Shown piece by piece: positions 49,721 through 62,454 of a stretch of DNA of 64,000 bases (within the stretch, counting starts at the first letter, position 1; every line of letters begins with the position of its first letter). The notes below the pieces were generated by a model. That model did not search any database, was not told the DNA's origin, and saw only the letters and a program-made list of their open reading frames with translations. Made by a program: the position numbers and the translations under genes. This DNA comes from Negaprion brevirostris (Eukaryota): NCBI GenBank assembly GCA_030324005.1, contig JARDVH010000097.1, forward strand, positions 63,362,674 to 63,426,673, given 5' to 3'.

Positions 49721-51262
49721 CAGATGCTCTGAAGTAATGAATGGCATTTCTTAGAAATATGGGTTTGTTCATTCATTAGTCCAATTGGGTATTTGTCTGG
49801 TGTGAATGTAAGATGTTGTCCTATCTCTGACCTGTATTTAGAAAATCACATGCCAGGAACAGTGCTTTACAAATTCTGCCATCATTTATTTGAACTTGAT
49901 TGCATCCTGTTTCACAAACTAATCAAATGTGTGACTCCCATTATTAGCATTTCTGAATCCTTGATTTCCAGTAACATGTTTGCTGTTCTCCTTGTACTTG
50001 AAACCACCCGTATTAATTGCAATTCTGGCTTAAAGTAGCTTAATTTGTTATCGGATTCTTTTGAGATGCATTTACAGTAATTTATTATCCTGATGTGTAC
50101 TAATTTTACGTTGATTGGATACTTTTAGCTTTAGCTAATGATCACAAATGCTTTTACTGTTTCTATTCCATTGTAACTATATGTTTCCTCTTTTGTCTTG
50201 TAATAGCGTAGGTTCATATCCCCCCATCGAATTCCAGTTCACTTATTGCATTCAGAGTTGATTGATTGTCATCAATTTCCTTATGTTTGCCTTGACAAAG
50301 CCATTTACATCTATTGATTAGTTTATTGACTACTCCCGAGTTCATACCAAATTTAGAAAAGTCCAGACATTAATGCATCTATGTGAGGTGCAATTGTTAG
50401 TAAGTTAGCGTCATGGAAAGCAAGTTTGCAGTTTACATGGCATTTGAAATTTCATATGATGTCTGTTGCATGTGTGGATACTATAATGTTGACTCAAACA
50501 TTGTCAAAAAGTCACAGAAAACAAACTTGTATAGTTATGGAGATGGAGTCATTGCATTTTATAGTGCAGAAAGAGGCCCTTTGGCCCATCATAGGGCAGT
50601 AGGGGAATAGAACTGACTAAATTGCTCTATGGAGAGTTGACATGAACTAAGTTGGCCAAATTTGAACAATCCATTTATACAAGCTGACTGCAGTTTCAAT
50701 TTTGGAAGCTTATCTGTTGCGTTTTGCTGCAGATTGGATTCTGAGTGACATCTATACATGATGAGGGCCCATGTGATTCACTGCAATATCTTATTGTTTG
50801 TCAGGTTCCCTTTTTGGTTGGATGTGGAGGAAGATTGAAGTCTCTGACTGTATATTTTGCCGTATTTGTGGCATTTCCACTAATTCCTAGTGTCTTCCTT
50901 TTGCTAGCCTTATAAACTTTTGAAGTTGCATACCAGATGTGATTCAGCTCACTCTGTCAGTTTGCCTCTGTGACTGTGTGCAGTGCACGCATCTTGGTCA
51001 TCAGCCATCAGTTAAACTGTACCAGGGAAAAACAAGGTAACAAATTCTGTGATAAATTATAAAGGGGTGACTCTTGCATTTGTTATTCAACTGTCTTGAG
51101 TGTACGAGCTCTTTAACACACATTGATCTTAACACTGATGTGCAGCAGATGGAGTAAAGACAAGTGGAATGTTGGCCAAGTCCTCTCGGACAGTTATGTG
51201 CCAAGCTAGGTTTGTCTTTAGTTCAAGGCGGTACAACACGTGTTGATGAGGTTTTCGTATTT

Positions 51263-51500
51263 GAACATAAGAACATAAGAAATTGGAGCAGGATAGGCCA
51301 TCCTTGAGCCTGCCCTGCCATTCAATAAGACCATGGCTGATCCGAAGTGGCTCAGTTCCACTTTCCCACTTTCTCCCCATAACCTTTAATCCCCTTGCCT
51401 ACCAAAAACCTATCTACCCGCGTCTTAAATATATTTAGCGAGATAGCCTCCACCACTTCAACGGGCAGAGAATTCCAGAGATTCACCACCCTTTGAGTGA
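51263..51500 (-). mobile_element. CR1/HER1 3' end running into a gap
   Basis: aacataagaacataagaaattggagcagga…ccattcaataagaccatggctgatc…gagaattccagagattcaccaccctttg. Confidence 0.9.
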
Positions 51501-53189
51501 NNNNNNNNNNNNNNNNNNNNNNNNNNNNNNNNNNNNNNNNNNNNNNNNNNNNNNNNNNNNNNNNNNNNNNNNNNNNNNNNNNNNNNNNNNNNNNNNNNNN
51601 NNNNNNNNNNNNNNNNNNNNNNNNNNNNNNNNNNNNNNNNNNNNNNNNNNNNNNNNNNNNNNNNNNNNNNNNNNNNNNNNNNNNNNNNNNNNNNNNNNNN
51701 NNNNNNNNNNNNNNNNNNNNNNNNNNNNNNNNNNNNNNNNNNNNNNNNNNNNNNNNNNNNNNNNNNNNNNNNNNNNNNNNNNNNNNNNNNNNNNNNNNNN
51801 NNNNNNNNNNNNNNNNNNNNNNNNNNNNNNNNNNNNNNNNNNNNNNNNNNNNNNNNNNNNNNNNNNNNNNNNNNNNNNNNNNNNNNNNNNNNNNNNNNNN
51901 NNNNNNNNNNNNNATCTTCTATGTTTTTATGTTGTTGTCATATCAGATTGTGGAGCAGAAGGATCATTAAACCATTCCATCTTCTGGTTCCCTTTTATCT
52001 ACTCTTTATGTTTGTCTGGGACTTTGACTAGGATTCCTTCTCTGCTTTTATTTATATTTAAGGAAAATATGCAAGAACATAGGAAGCTATGGGAAGTTGC
52101 AGCATGTTTACCTTATTGTTTTGATATGAGCACAAAAATCAAAGCTGAGTTGCCATACTCTTGGAGTTTTGTAGTATTGTGTCTTATGATGGAATGTTAA
52201 ATCAAGGCCCTTTCTGCTTTTCAAGGTGGATGTAAAAGGTTCCATGGCACTTTATTAATGAAAGAGCAGTGGAGGTGAAAACCTAGACTTATTTGAAAAC
52301 CAGATGGCTGTTGAAATGGTTGGACATTAGGATTATTTTGATGGATTAATTCAGAATGTCCTTTCTCATCCATAAGTGTCTTACGACCTTGTGAAGATAA
52401 ATGCCATTCTCGTCAGTTAATTTATTGCTCGAGCTGTACAGAGTTCCTTTAATATAGTTGAATGAAGGTTTGTGTTTGTGCATCTGACTCTTCATTCAAA
52501 GGATGACTGTAAAATTAATCTTCACTACATTTTATATAGACTTATCACCAACCCAAGCCTGCAGTGCAGAATATATTCAGAACAGATTATATTGCAGTAG
52601 CATTTATTGATGTTCTTATGGTTATTGTAAGCCCTAAGCTAGTTGAGACCAGCACCCCGTGGAGATTTTTATGCATTGTCATTAATGACAGCAATTTTCC
52701 AGTTATAAAGAATTTGTTATGAGGTTGTAAAATCCAGCGCAAGAAGAAAAACTGATCAGTAAACTAAAACATGGATGCTGTAAGCTTCAGATTTTAAGTA
52801 TCAAACCCCAAAAAATTGATCGAGGAAAAGATTAACATGATTCTGTCTTGTGAAATATATTCTTGATTAAAAATGGGTATAACTTCAAGTTAAAAAAATG
52901 TGCTTTTAATTAACAAGTACAATACAGATCATGTAATAATGCTGTTAAGAGCTTTGAGTAATGATTTGTAATTGACACTGCACTGAAGTAACTTATTGCT
53001 CAAGGCTCTATTCATAAAACCTTTAGTTGTAGAGTAGTTAATCTGAGTGCTGAGATAATGGACATAATCCATTAACGATGGCCTGAGGTGGGGCAAAGGA
53101 GCGAAATAAACCCTTTGTAAAACCATTTGTAAAAAGGTCTGCCAATAGATCAGCGCAATTAGAAACATTTCACAATTGTTGTTTGCTAA

Positions 53190-53470
53190 TGAAAGAGCGA
53201 GTTTGCATTTATATAGCACCGTTCACAGTCTCGTTTCATCTTGGAGTGCTTTACATCCACTGAAATATTTTTGAAGTGCAGTCCACTTTGTAATGCAACA
53301 GCCAAGTTGCTCACAGCAAGGTCCCCACAAGCATCAACGAAATAAATTATCAAATGTCCTGTTTCAATGATGTTGGTAGAAGGATAACTTCTGGCCAAGG
53401 AACCAGTGAGAGCTCCCTTGCTCTTCTTTGGAATAGTGCCAAAAAGACAAAACAAGGCTCCAGTTTAACA
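53190..53470 (-). mobile_element. Deu-SINE (SacSINE1-like)
   Basis: ttgcatttatatagcacc…cacagcaaggtcccc…tgatgttggt…ctcccttgctcttcttt.gaatagtgcca. Confidence 0.8.
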
Positions 53471-53999
53471 GTGCCTCCAAAACATTATACACAAGACAGA
53501 AAGTGGGTTGAATGCATAGTCAGAGAATGGAGTTGAACTAGCTGTGGATAGCATTCATGTTCAATAGTCAATGCAGAGCAGCAACAAAGATGGTAGTATT
53601 TTGAACTAATATCGACAAAAGTGGAAAACAAATCAGAGGAAGCACAACAAATCATGGTAGAATTGATATTGAGCATCATGTGTTTAAGTTATGAGGATAG
53701 GTTCAATGTTTTAAGGAATTTTTTTAAGAGGGGACCATTCTGTTGCAGGAAGTCTTGGCCCTTGTTTTGAAGAGTCCAAATGGTATCATGAGGGCAGAGC
53801 TGTTGCCTGCTCCAACCAAGGCCATTGTAATAAAGGGAGCTGGGTGTAGACTGACCCTTCCTGCACACCCAGAGTTCTGCTGCCTGATGTCTCAAAAGCA
53901 TTGGGTGTATGGACAGTGCAAACACTGCATTTAAACAAGTTGTACTACCCCAAAGGAGCAAAGTGAGTTCAAGCTGGTGGTCCAGACTACAGTCAAAAC

Positions 54000-54665
54000 A
54001 GTGAGGGTCTATGTGCACAGGTCATTGAAAGTGGCAGAGCAGGTTGAGAAAATGATTAATAAGGAAGATGGGATGCTGGACTTTATAAGTAGGTGTGTAG
54101 AGTACAAAAGCAAGGAAGTCATTGTGAACCTTTAAGATATTGGTTTGGTCTAAACTGGAGTGTCGTGTTCTATTCTGGGCACTGCCCTTTAGGAGGAATG
54201 TGAAGATGGTGCAGAAAAGATTTACGAGAATGGTGCCAGACATGAGAGAGTTCAGGTAGGTGGATAGATTGACAAGGCTGGTGTTGCTTTCCCTTGCAAA
54301 AGAAGGTTGAAATGAAATGTGATGAAAATGTCCAAAACCATGAGAAGTTGAGACAGTAGTAATGGAAAAACTGTCTTAATTGCGGAAAAGTCAAGGACCA
54401 GAGGATACAGGTATCAAGTGATTAGTGAAAGGTGATTTCTATAGCGTGGTTATGATCTGGAACACGCTGCCTAAGAGATGTGAAGGCAAATTCAGTCATG
54501 GTTTTCGAAAGGGAATTGGGTAAGTGCTTGAAGGAATGGACATGCAGCGCCTTGAGGAAAGGACTGGGGTTTGGGCCTAGCTGAGTTGCTTTTGCGGAGA
54601 ACCAGCATAGGCTTGACAGGCCAAATATCCTCCTTCGATGCTGCAACCATTTTGTGATTCTATGG
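54000..54665 (+). mobile_element. CR1 LINE 3' portion
   Basis: agagtacaaaagcaaggaagtc…ggtgcagaaaagatttacgagaatggtgccag…tctggaacacgctgcct…ttgtgattctatg tail. Confidence 0.85.
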
Positions 54666-54694
54666 CACAGCAGTTGACATACTACCTATTGGAG

Positions 54695-55870
54695 AAGATT
54701 AGGGGACTGTGAGAAAGGTAGATGATCCTTCTTTTATTGTCCTTTTCAACCTGTCTACAGCCGTTGACACACTATCCTCTTCCAAGACCTTTCTATCTAG
54801 TTGCATGGGATTGCAGCTGTTTGGTTCCAAACTTATCAATCCAAAGATAACCACAGAAGTACTTGCAATAGCTTTCCTTCCTCCTCCCACATCATTACCT
54901 GGCATCCCCGAGAAATCTGTTCCTGGCTCCCTTCCTATTTCTCATCCACATGTTGCCCCTCAGCAACATCATCCAAAAGCACAGCAACAGTTGTCACACG
55001 TACTCTGACAACATCCAGTTCAACCTTCTCTCTTGGCCACTTCACTGTCTCTTCACTATCAGACTGCTTGTTCGACATCCAGCACTGGATGAGCAGAAAT
55101 TTCTTCTAACCAAATATGGGAAGACCAAAGCCATTCTTCAGTCTCAGTCTCCGTCTTCAGTCTCTGCCACAAACTCTGTTCCCTAGCTACTGACTTCACC
55201 CCTCTTCTTGGCAGCTGTGTGCAGCTGAATCAGGTTGTTTGCTACCTGGTGTTATATCTACCCTTGAACTGAGCTGCCAACATGTCCATGCTATCAGTAA
55301 GGCTGCCAGTTTGCACCTCCAGAACACTGCCTGTATCTACCTCTGTTTCAGCTCATCTGTTGCTGAAACACCCTCCCTAGGTTTGACTATTCCAGTGCAC
55401 TCCTGTCTAGCCTCCATATTCTACACTTTGTATGCTTGAGGAAATCCTCTCTCTGTCATTCTAATATATACCGGTAATTTGTTCAGTCATTACCCCTATG
55501 CTTGTTGACCTACACTGGCCCTTGGTTAAGCAAATTTTAAATTTTGCATCCTTGTTTTCAAACCCTTCCCCACCTTGGTAAGCTTCTCTGCCCCCAAGTC
55601 TGGTCTCTTCAATGTCCACAATTTTAATCCCTCTATCATTATCAGGCATGCCTCCACTTGCCAAAGCCCCAACTTCAGGGTTCCATCTCTAAATCTCTTC
55701 ATCTTTGCCTCTGCACATTTAATGTTCTCCTTAAAACCTATCTCTTTGATTAAGCTTTTGGTGCTAATATATCATCATGTGGCTCAGTGTCAAATTTTGT
55801 TTTGTAATTTTCCTGTCAAGTGTCTGGTGCTTTTATTACTTTAAAAGTGATGTATACATGCAAGTTAGTG
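54695..55870 (+). mobile_element. L2-clade LINE RT/3' fragment, decayed
   Basis: IVLFNLSTAVDTL (LLDLSAAFDT), GIPEKSVPG (GVPQGSVLGP), HTYSDNIQ (HxYADDTQ), CLFDIQHWMSRNF. Confidence 0.85.
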
Positions 55871-55914
55871 CTGGGTATGGAATTAAGGAGAAAGTAGCAA
55901 ATTGGTTTCAGTAT

Positions 55915-56790
55915 TGTTATTTTCTTCATTTATGGGATGTGTGGGCATCATTGGCTTGACCAGCATTGATTGCCCATTCTTAGTTGCCCTTCATAATATG
56001 GTAGCAAGCTGCTGTCTTGAACTGTTGCAGTCTCTGGGATGGAGGTACACCTACTGTGCAGTTAGGGAGGGAATTCCAGGATTTTGACCCTGTGGCAGTT
56101 AAGGAATGGTGATTTATTTCTGAGTCAGGATGGTGAGTGAGCATCCAGGTGGTGACATTCCTTGTAGCCATAGGTTTGGAAAGTGCTGTCTAAGGAACCT
56201 TAGTGAGTCCCTGCAGTGCATCTTAACTGCCACTGTTTGTTGGTGGAGGCATTGAATATTTGTGGAAGGGGTAGCAATCATGCAGACTATCTTGTCCTGG
56301 ATGACATTGAGCTNNNNNNNNNNNNNNNNNNNNNNNNNNNNNNNNNNNNNNNNNNNNNNNNNNNNNNNNNNNNNNNNNNNNNNNNNNNNNNNNNNNNNNN
56401 NNNNNNNNNNNNNNNNNNNNNNNNNNNNNNNNNNNNNNNNNNNNNNNNNNNNNNAGTCAAGTTCAGTTTATGGTAAATGCTAATCCCCTGGACGTTGATT
56501 GTGGGAGATTCAGTGATGATAATGCCATTGAATGTCAAGGAGCTGTGGTTAGATCCTTTCTTGTTGGAGATGGTCATTGAGTGGACTTGTGTGGCATGAA
56601 TATTAGTTGCCACTCGTCAGTCCAAATCTGGATATTGTCCAGGTCTTGCTGCATTTATGGGTATGGATTGCTTCAATACCTGAGGAGTCATAATTGGTAT
56701 TGAACATTGTCTACACAAGTGAACACCCTCACTTCCGATCTTAAGATAGAAGGAAGGTCATTGATGAAACAGCTGAAGATGGTTGGTCTC
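55915..56790 (-). mobile_element. CR1-like LINE 3' fragment (gap inside)
   Basis: Minus-strand ATGSKSWNSLPNCTVG…LQQFK.AA.YH and IFSCFINDLPSI.RSEV..F. Confidence 0.8.
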
Positions 56791-58736
56791 AGGAAAGGGA
56801 GAAATAGAAAGTAGGAATTAAGAGCAGTTTTTTTTAAAAAAAGAATTAATGGATGTGTATACAAATGACCCACAGGGTTTTGTTCTGGTACTGCTTCTGT
56901 ACATCTCATATTTCAAATGATGTGGGACTGGAAGGACTGGTAATCAAATTACTAGATTAAAATAGGAAACTTACCAAATAACTGAGGACCAAACTGAATT
57001 GTATGGTGATGGAATGGGTTAAAAAGTAGAAGATGGAATTTTGTGTTGGTGCATGTGAGGTATCAGCTTTTGTTTTATTTTAAAAGTAATATATATACTC
57101 TGATTTAGAGAAAGCTGGATGATGCAAAAGATTAGAGATATTTGGGAAACTGTTTCATATGGTTTGAAAAGCAGATTCTCAAGTGGATGACCCATTTTAA
57201 AAAAAGCTAATGAAATATTTTGAGATTTAAATGTGTGTTTGAAGGAACAGCAGATAAGTAATTTGGTTTGTGGAGAAGATTCAGTGCGAATGCAATGAAG
57301 ATGATCCTTTAAATGGTTTATTATGCACAATTCATGCATTTAAAAAAAATCTTTCATGATGTTGCATAAGGTATTTTTTAATGGAGCTTTGGTGTGTGGA
57401 AGTAGAGCTAGTTTGTCAGCTGGATTGAAGGCACAGCGTGCAGTCTGATAGTGGCTTCTGACCACAATTTAAGTGTCCATGTGCAGGTATGAGTGGGGAG
57501 ATGTCACCCATGGGATTTTGTGCTATAAACACACCACAATGACTGGCAGCTGTTCTAATAAAGATAATTGGCTTTCGTTCAAAACGGTCCAAGACTTTGT
57601 GATCACTGCTTTTTATCCTTTGAGTGCAGACTTCAAAGGTGCAGCATCTGTCATATTGTGTTTACGCCACATTAGGCAGTCAGGGTTGCCTTTGTAAATA
57701 GTGCAAAACACCATTAATACCAGCTTCCGTTTACACAGAAAACCCATTTTTGGTAATTATCCAAACACTGGCACCAATTGTGGGGTATTTCCTTTACGTT
57801 ACCTGTAAAACAAATTAACAATATCATACATTCTCCATAATTCATGATCAACATTTTCTTTTAGAAAAAATGCTTCAGATTAAATTGTTTCAGCATGCAC
57901 CATAGATCTGTAGAACAGAAATATAACAGGAGTAAAAGCAGCTCAATTTTGCCAGATGCATAATTGCTCTGACTTTGTGAATAAAGGAGAAACATTGGTG
58001 AAATTTTCTCAAAATTGCAGGGAATGCTGGATCAGGCAAGAAAAGCTTCAATGAAACTCGCCAGCTTCACAGTTGCCTTTTCTCTCCTGATCAAACAGCA
58101 ATTATGCAATTTCAAAGTGCTGGCAAGATCACACGGCCATGGAGGAGGTTTGCCCCCTTCTCACTGTTCCCTTTATGTATCCACTTCATTGCTAGGGGGC
58201 ACTACCAGGGTGCCAGGGGCAATGCTCAGTCTTGTCTCTGAACCCCTGGGGCCTCCAGGCATCTACGTGTTCCTGTCATGGTCAGCACAACAGGTTTTCA
58301 CTTTTGAAAACCAGGAGTGATTCACTCCGGCATGATGCCATGCTGTCGGGGGGAGGAGATTTCGTTGGCAGGTGTAAAGCCTTATAATTGAAATTTATTT
58401 AAGCTCATGGAAATCACATCCATGACCTTGCTGGATTTGTGCCCATAGCAGACAGGGCGTCTAGATCATGCGTTTTGCTTTTTTCCCTTTGGCCTGTCTG
58501 AGCTTCACATTCCTTTTCCAGAACATGAAATTGTAGTTTGTGAAAGACTGAGTATTCCCACCCTTCCTCTTTCATCTCTGCCTCTGTGATCTCTCACTGT
58601 TCTTGATGCAGAGTAGTAACTTCACCTGAGGCTGGACTTGCATCAGACTTGGTGCAAATTAATTGTGTGACACAGCCTCCACTATTGAAATAAAAGTGGC
58701 TCCATCCCATTTGCCAGGACACGCTAACATTATATG

Positions 58737-58852
58737 GGGTACAATCTTACCACCTGTTCACGGCACGCACCCGCTGCAATGAAGACGAATCTCTGTTCAC
58801 AGCAGCAGGATGGGAAGATCCTCCTAGCTTGAGTGGTCAGTAAATTCTGGCC
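58737..58852. mobile_element. MITE, same family as 6233
   Basis: gggtacaatcttac…ggaagatcc…gtaaattctggcc, atg on both flanks. Confidence 0.65.
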
Positions 58853-59036
58853 ATGATCTATGAAGACATGTGGTCTCGTTCCGAATTGTTGCTCTACAAT
58901 TAAAAGGTTATCAGTATACTTTTCATTAAGAGATGGAAAGCAAAGGACTCCATCAGTTGCCGATAATTCTTACTACCACCAGAAAAAGAGGGAAATTTTA
59001 AGCACAAATGCTCCATATCTCACCCATCGGAGGGGG

Positions 59037-59612
59037 CGGGGCAACCTTACTGGTTGTCCTGTTGGTTAGGGCGAGGCGGTAAGATCGCAAGAGAAGTGAA
59101 AAATCAGGTTCACACCTGGTTTCTCGCCTCTCAGGATCTTACCAGCCCTGGATTGCTGGCATGTTTGGCCTCACACCTGGGAAGAGTGCAGGGCTGATTT
59201 TTAATATTGAAATTTGAATTTCAATAAAATTAGTAAGCCCAGGACAGAATCGTCCAGGCTCAGTTGTCTTCCCAACCTCACTGTTGAAGACCCTCATCAG
59301 GGGTGGTGGTGGGGGGCGGTGGTNNNNNNNNNNNNNNNNAACAGTGCAATAATCAGCTGGGGTGGGGGGTAACGATGTGCTATCCAGGGTGATGGGGTGC
59401 CTGGTATCTGTACATAAGCGATAGCCTCTCTAGTATGAGCAGCCAGCTTTAAGGTGGGAATAGAATCCATCCACTCCCCCTACTTGCGTGAATCACACTT
59501 AACCTCTCTCTTTGCACTAAGTGCCATAAAATCTGTCTGAAAGCTCGCTGAGAAAATGGATGCAGTTCTCTCCAGTTTTCACACTTGTTAGGCACTTAGA
59601 AGATTGCCTCCC
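59037..59612. mobile_element. Non-autonomous TIR element, decayed
   Basis: gggggcaaccttac … aagattgcctccc ends; GC-rich interior. Confidence 0.5.
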
Positions 59613-62454
59613 CCAGTTTGTTTTGTTTAAAAAACTGGACTCACTTTAAAAAACACAGCCCTATTTACTTTAAAGATTTTGTATCTATTTCACATTATAC
59701 CTCTCATTTGTCTCTAAGATGTTCCTTTAAACTTATCTCTTCGAACAAAGTTTTGGCAACTTATCCAAATGTCTCCTTATGTGGCTCTGTCAAATTTATA
59801 GTGTTCCTGTGAGTTTTTTAAGGTTTTTTGCTACTTAAATGTTATACAAGCGCAATTTACTGTTTGTTTAACCATAAATCTCACTCCTAAAATATTCATC
59901 TTGATGGCATTGGTGCGAGGAGAAGACTAATACTTCCCCTTAATCAACCTTTCACATTCATCCCTTGTAGCTCTCATTGCAATCTGATACAAGCAAGGCT
60001 TCCTACTTTCTAACCTATGACTCTCCACCAGTAACCCAATTAAAATAAATAGGTGGAAACTTATGAGCTACTAAGTGTGAAGCAAGAAATCTGGACAAAT
60101 TCTTTAGGAATTGGAAAGATTAAAAACTTCCGGACTTTCCTTTTTTAGTAATAAACCTTGTTTGTTGAGAATATCAAGGGCAGGCTTAATTCTGTAAATT
60201 ATTCAGCATGTCTGCGTATTCCTTCTTTTAATCATGAATCAAAAGAAATCAAAGTCTTGTTAAGACGATGCTTCTGGATAGCCTCAGGGTTCAAACAGTA
60301 GGAGGACTTGGCAGTAGAAAATAGGACCTGTGGCTTTTTGTACTTGCTGCTCCCAACCCTTCTTCTTTAAGTCAAAGTAGAAAAATAATTGATCCGAGTG
60401 AACTCACCCAACTTGATTTTGCGTTTCATTCCAGCTGACCATACACTAACAATGAAGAAGTTTCTTGCTTATGTCTTGTTAACCTCTGTGGATTTCTGTA
60501 TTGCCTGTGTTGCTGATACAAATATGGTACCACTAACTATATTGTACTGAATTAAAAGATACATGTAAAAGAAAGGAGTTAAAAGATATGCAGATAGGTT
60601 TAGATGAGGTAGACCTCATCACAAAGGCTAGTTGGGCCAAATATTCTGTTTGTGTGCTGTAAGCTTTATGTAATGGTAGAGAGTTCCAAACTTTTGGATA
60701 TTTGATAGGCATGTCCCAGAATATATGAATAAAAGAGGAAACTTATGCTGTTAAAAATGTAATTTGCCAAATATTTTCACGGAATATAATTTGTCCGGAC
60801 AGCAACAAAACTATTACCAACCTGTTTTTCTACAAAGGTAAAATTTAATTAAGTTCATGGGCTTGATGGTATTGCAGGGATCAGATTTCAGGTTCACTGA
60901 TGAACAGTCATGTTCAACGTGGTTTGCAACGTGTTCTGAGCACCCCAAAGGGAAGCATCAGTCTGTCACTATTCCAGCAGCACAATAAATCAAAGGGGAT
61001 ACAAAGTTTCTGAGGAATTTTTGAAGAGAAACCACAAAGGAGATATGTGAGAAATGCTTCTTCTTTGAACTCCTGCAGCATGAAAGAAGGGGAAGAGTAA
61101 TGCGAGAATTTCCCGACAGCCACATAGAAAGGGAGAGGATAACACATTTCTGTTGCAACAGAAAATGTGTAAATCATATGACAGTACAAAAGTATTAACT
61201 AATGATGTTTTTCATGTTAAAATACCTTGATGCACTTCACAAAATGGATTTCCTTTTTACAGTTAATGTCTGTGCAGGCAAACAATTTAATGAATTGATA
61301 CAGAGTTGCAACATGAAAAAGAAAGAGGGGATTAGTTACAGGAGCAATTTCACTGCAATAAGGTGTTTACACAAGGAAGATACAATGGGTGGGATTTTGG
61401 CTGGGATTTTCATTTGCCCATGTGGGAGTGGATACAGTGTGATAACTAACTCCTCGTGACTTGCATGAGGAACCACTGATTGACTTCCCCATCGGACTTG
61501 TTGAATATGAACTCCCTGTGGCTTGGTAGTTAACCGACCAGATAAGAGTTCGTATACCGAGCCCTGCATAAAGCAGGCCCAAATTGGGTCTATTATTCCT
61601 TAGTCCAGGTTGGGACCTGTTGTGTTCACCATAAGCTTGTGGCTTTTGCTTAACTTTATTTTGTGTATTAAAGCACGTTCCTTTACAGCTAACTTTGTGA
61701 GTTATTATACATGCTTTCCAAATAGCACTCTTGGATAGCATGTTAGTGGTTTGATGCCTCCAGGACCCACTGGGGTTTTCAAATTAAGGGTGTGGGGGGA
61801 AGTGGTAAGAGTTTGGAAAGTTCTTATCTCCAATTAATAATCTCTTATGTTCCTTGAGCAACTTGTTAATGGGTCAGGGTGGGCCACAAGACAGTGTTCA
61901 AATGAAGAATCAACAAACCTCTGAAATGTAGTACAACTGTTGGGTCCAATGTGGGCAGAATATAATTTAAANNNNNNNNNNNNNNNNNNNNNNNNNNNNN
62001 NNNNNNNNNNNNNNNNNNNNNNNNNNNNNNNNNNNNNNNNNNNNNNNNNNNNNNNNNNNNNNNNNNNNNNNCATTTTTGTTCAATTCACACTCCCAGGAC
62101 TCCTGAGACATGTTCAGCCATGGCGATGGATGTTCTTTACTGGGTTCAGTTGGGCTGAGGGATGTGCACTGTGGCCCAGTGGTGCTTCCCTGATGACTGA
62201 CTAGGGAACCTGTGATCTAGACAATTAGCAATGTGATTCGTCATACAGCAATGTGAAGAAAAACACCCAGTTGTGTACAGTGTAGCATTCTTACTGTACA
62301 CTAGAGAAGGCAGCTAAGATAAATCCAGGCTTTGGAAGAGAGTGAGAGTGTTGAATATTTCCCTAGAAAAGCAGATTTAAAATGAAGAAATATGATTCAT
62401 GTTTTGAAGTAATATAAAGGAGTGTAAAGAAGCACTTTGTGGAAAGATGGAGCA

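Noticed and set aside
50150-50340. Strong-looking acceptor tttcctcttttgtcttgtaatag
   Set aside because: All frames stop soon after and there is no good donor
60914-61741. ORFs of 66-124 aa on both strands
   Set aside because: No recognisable domain or splice structure; lengths are compatible with chance
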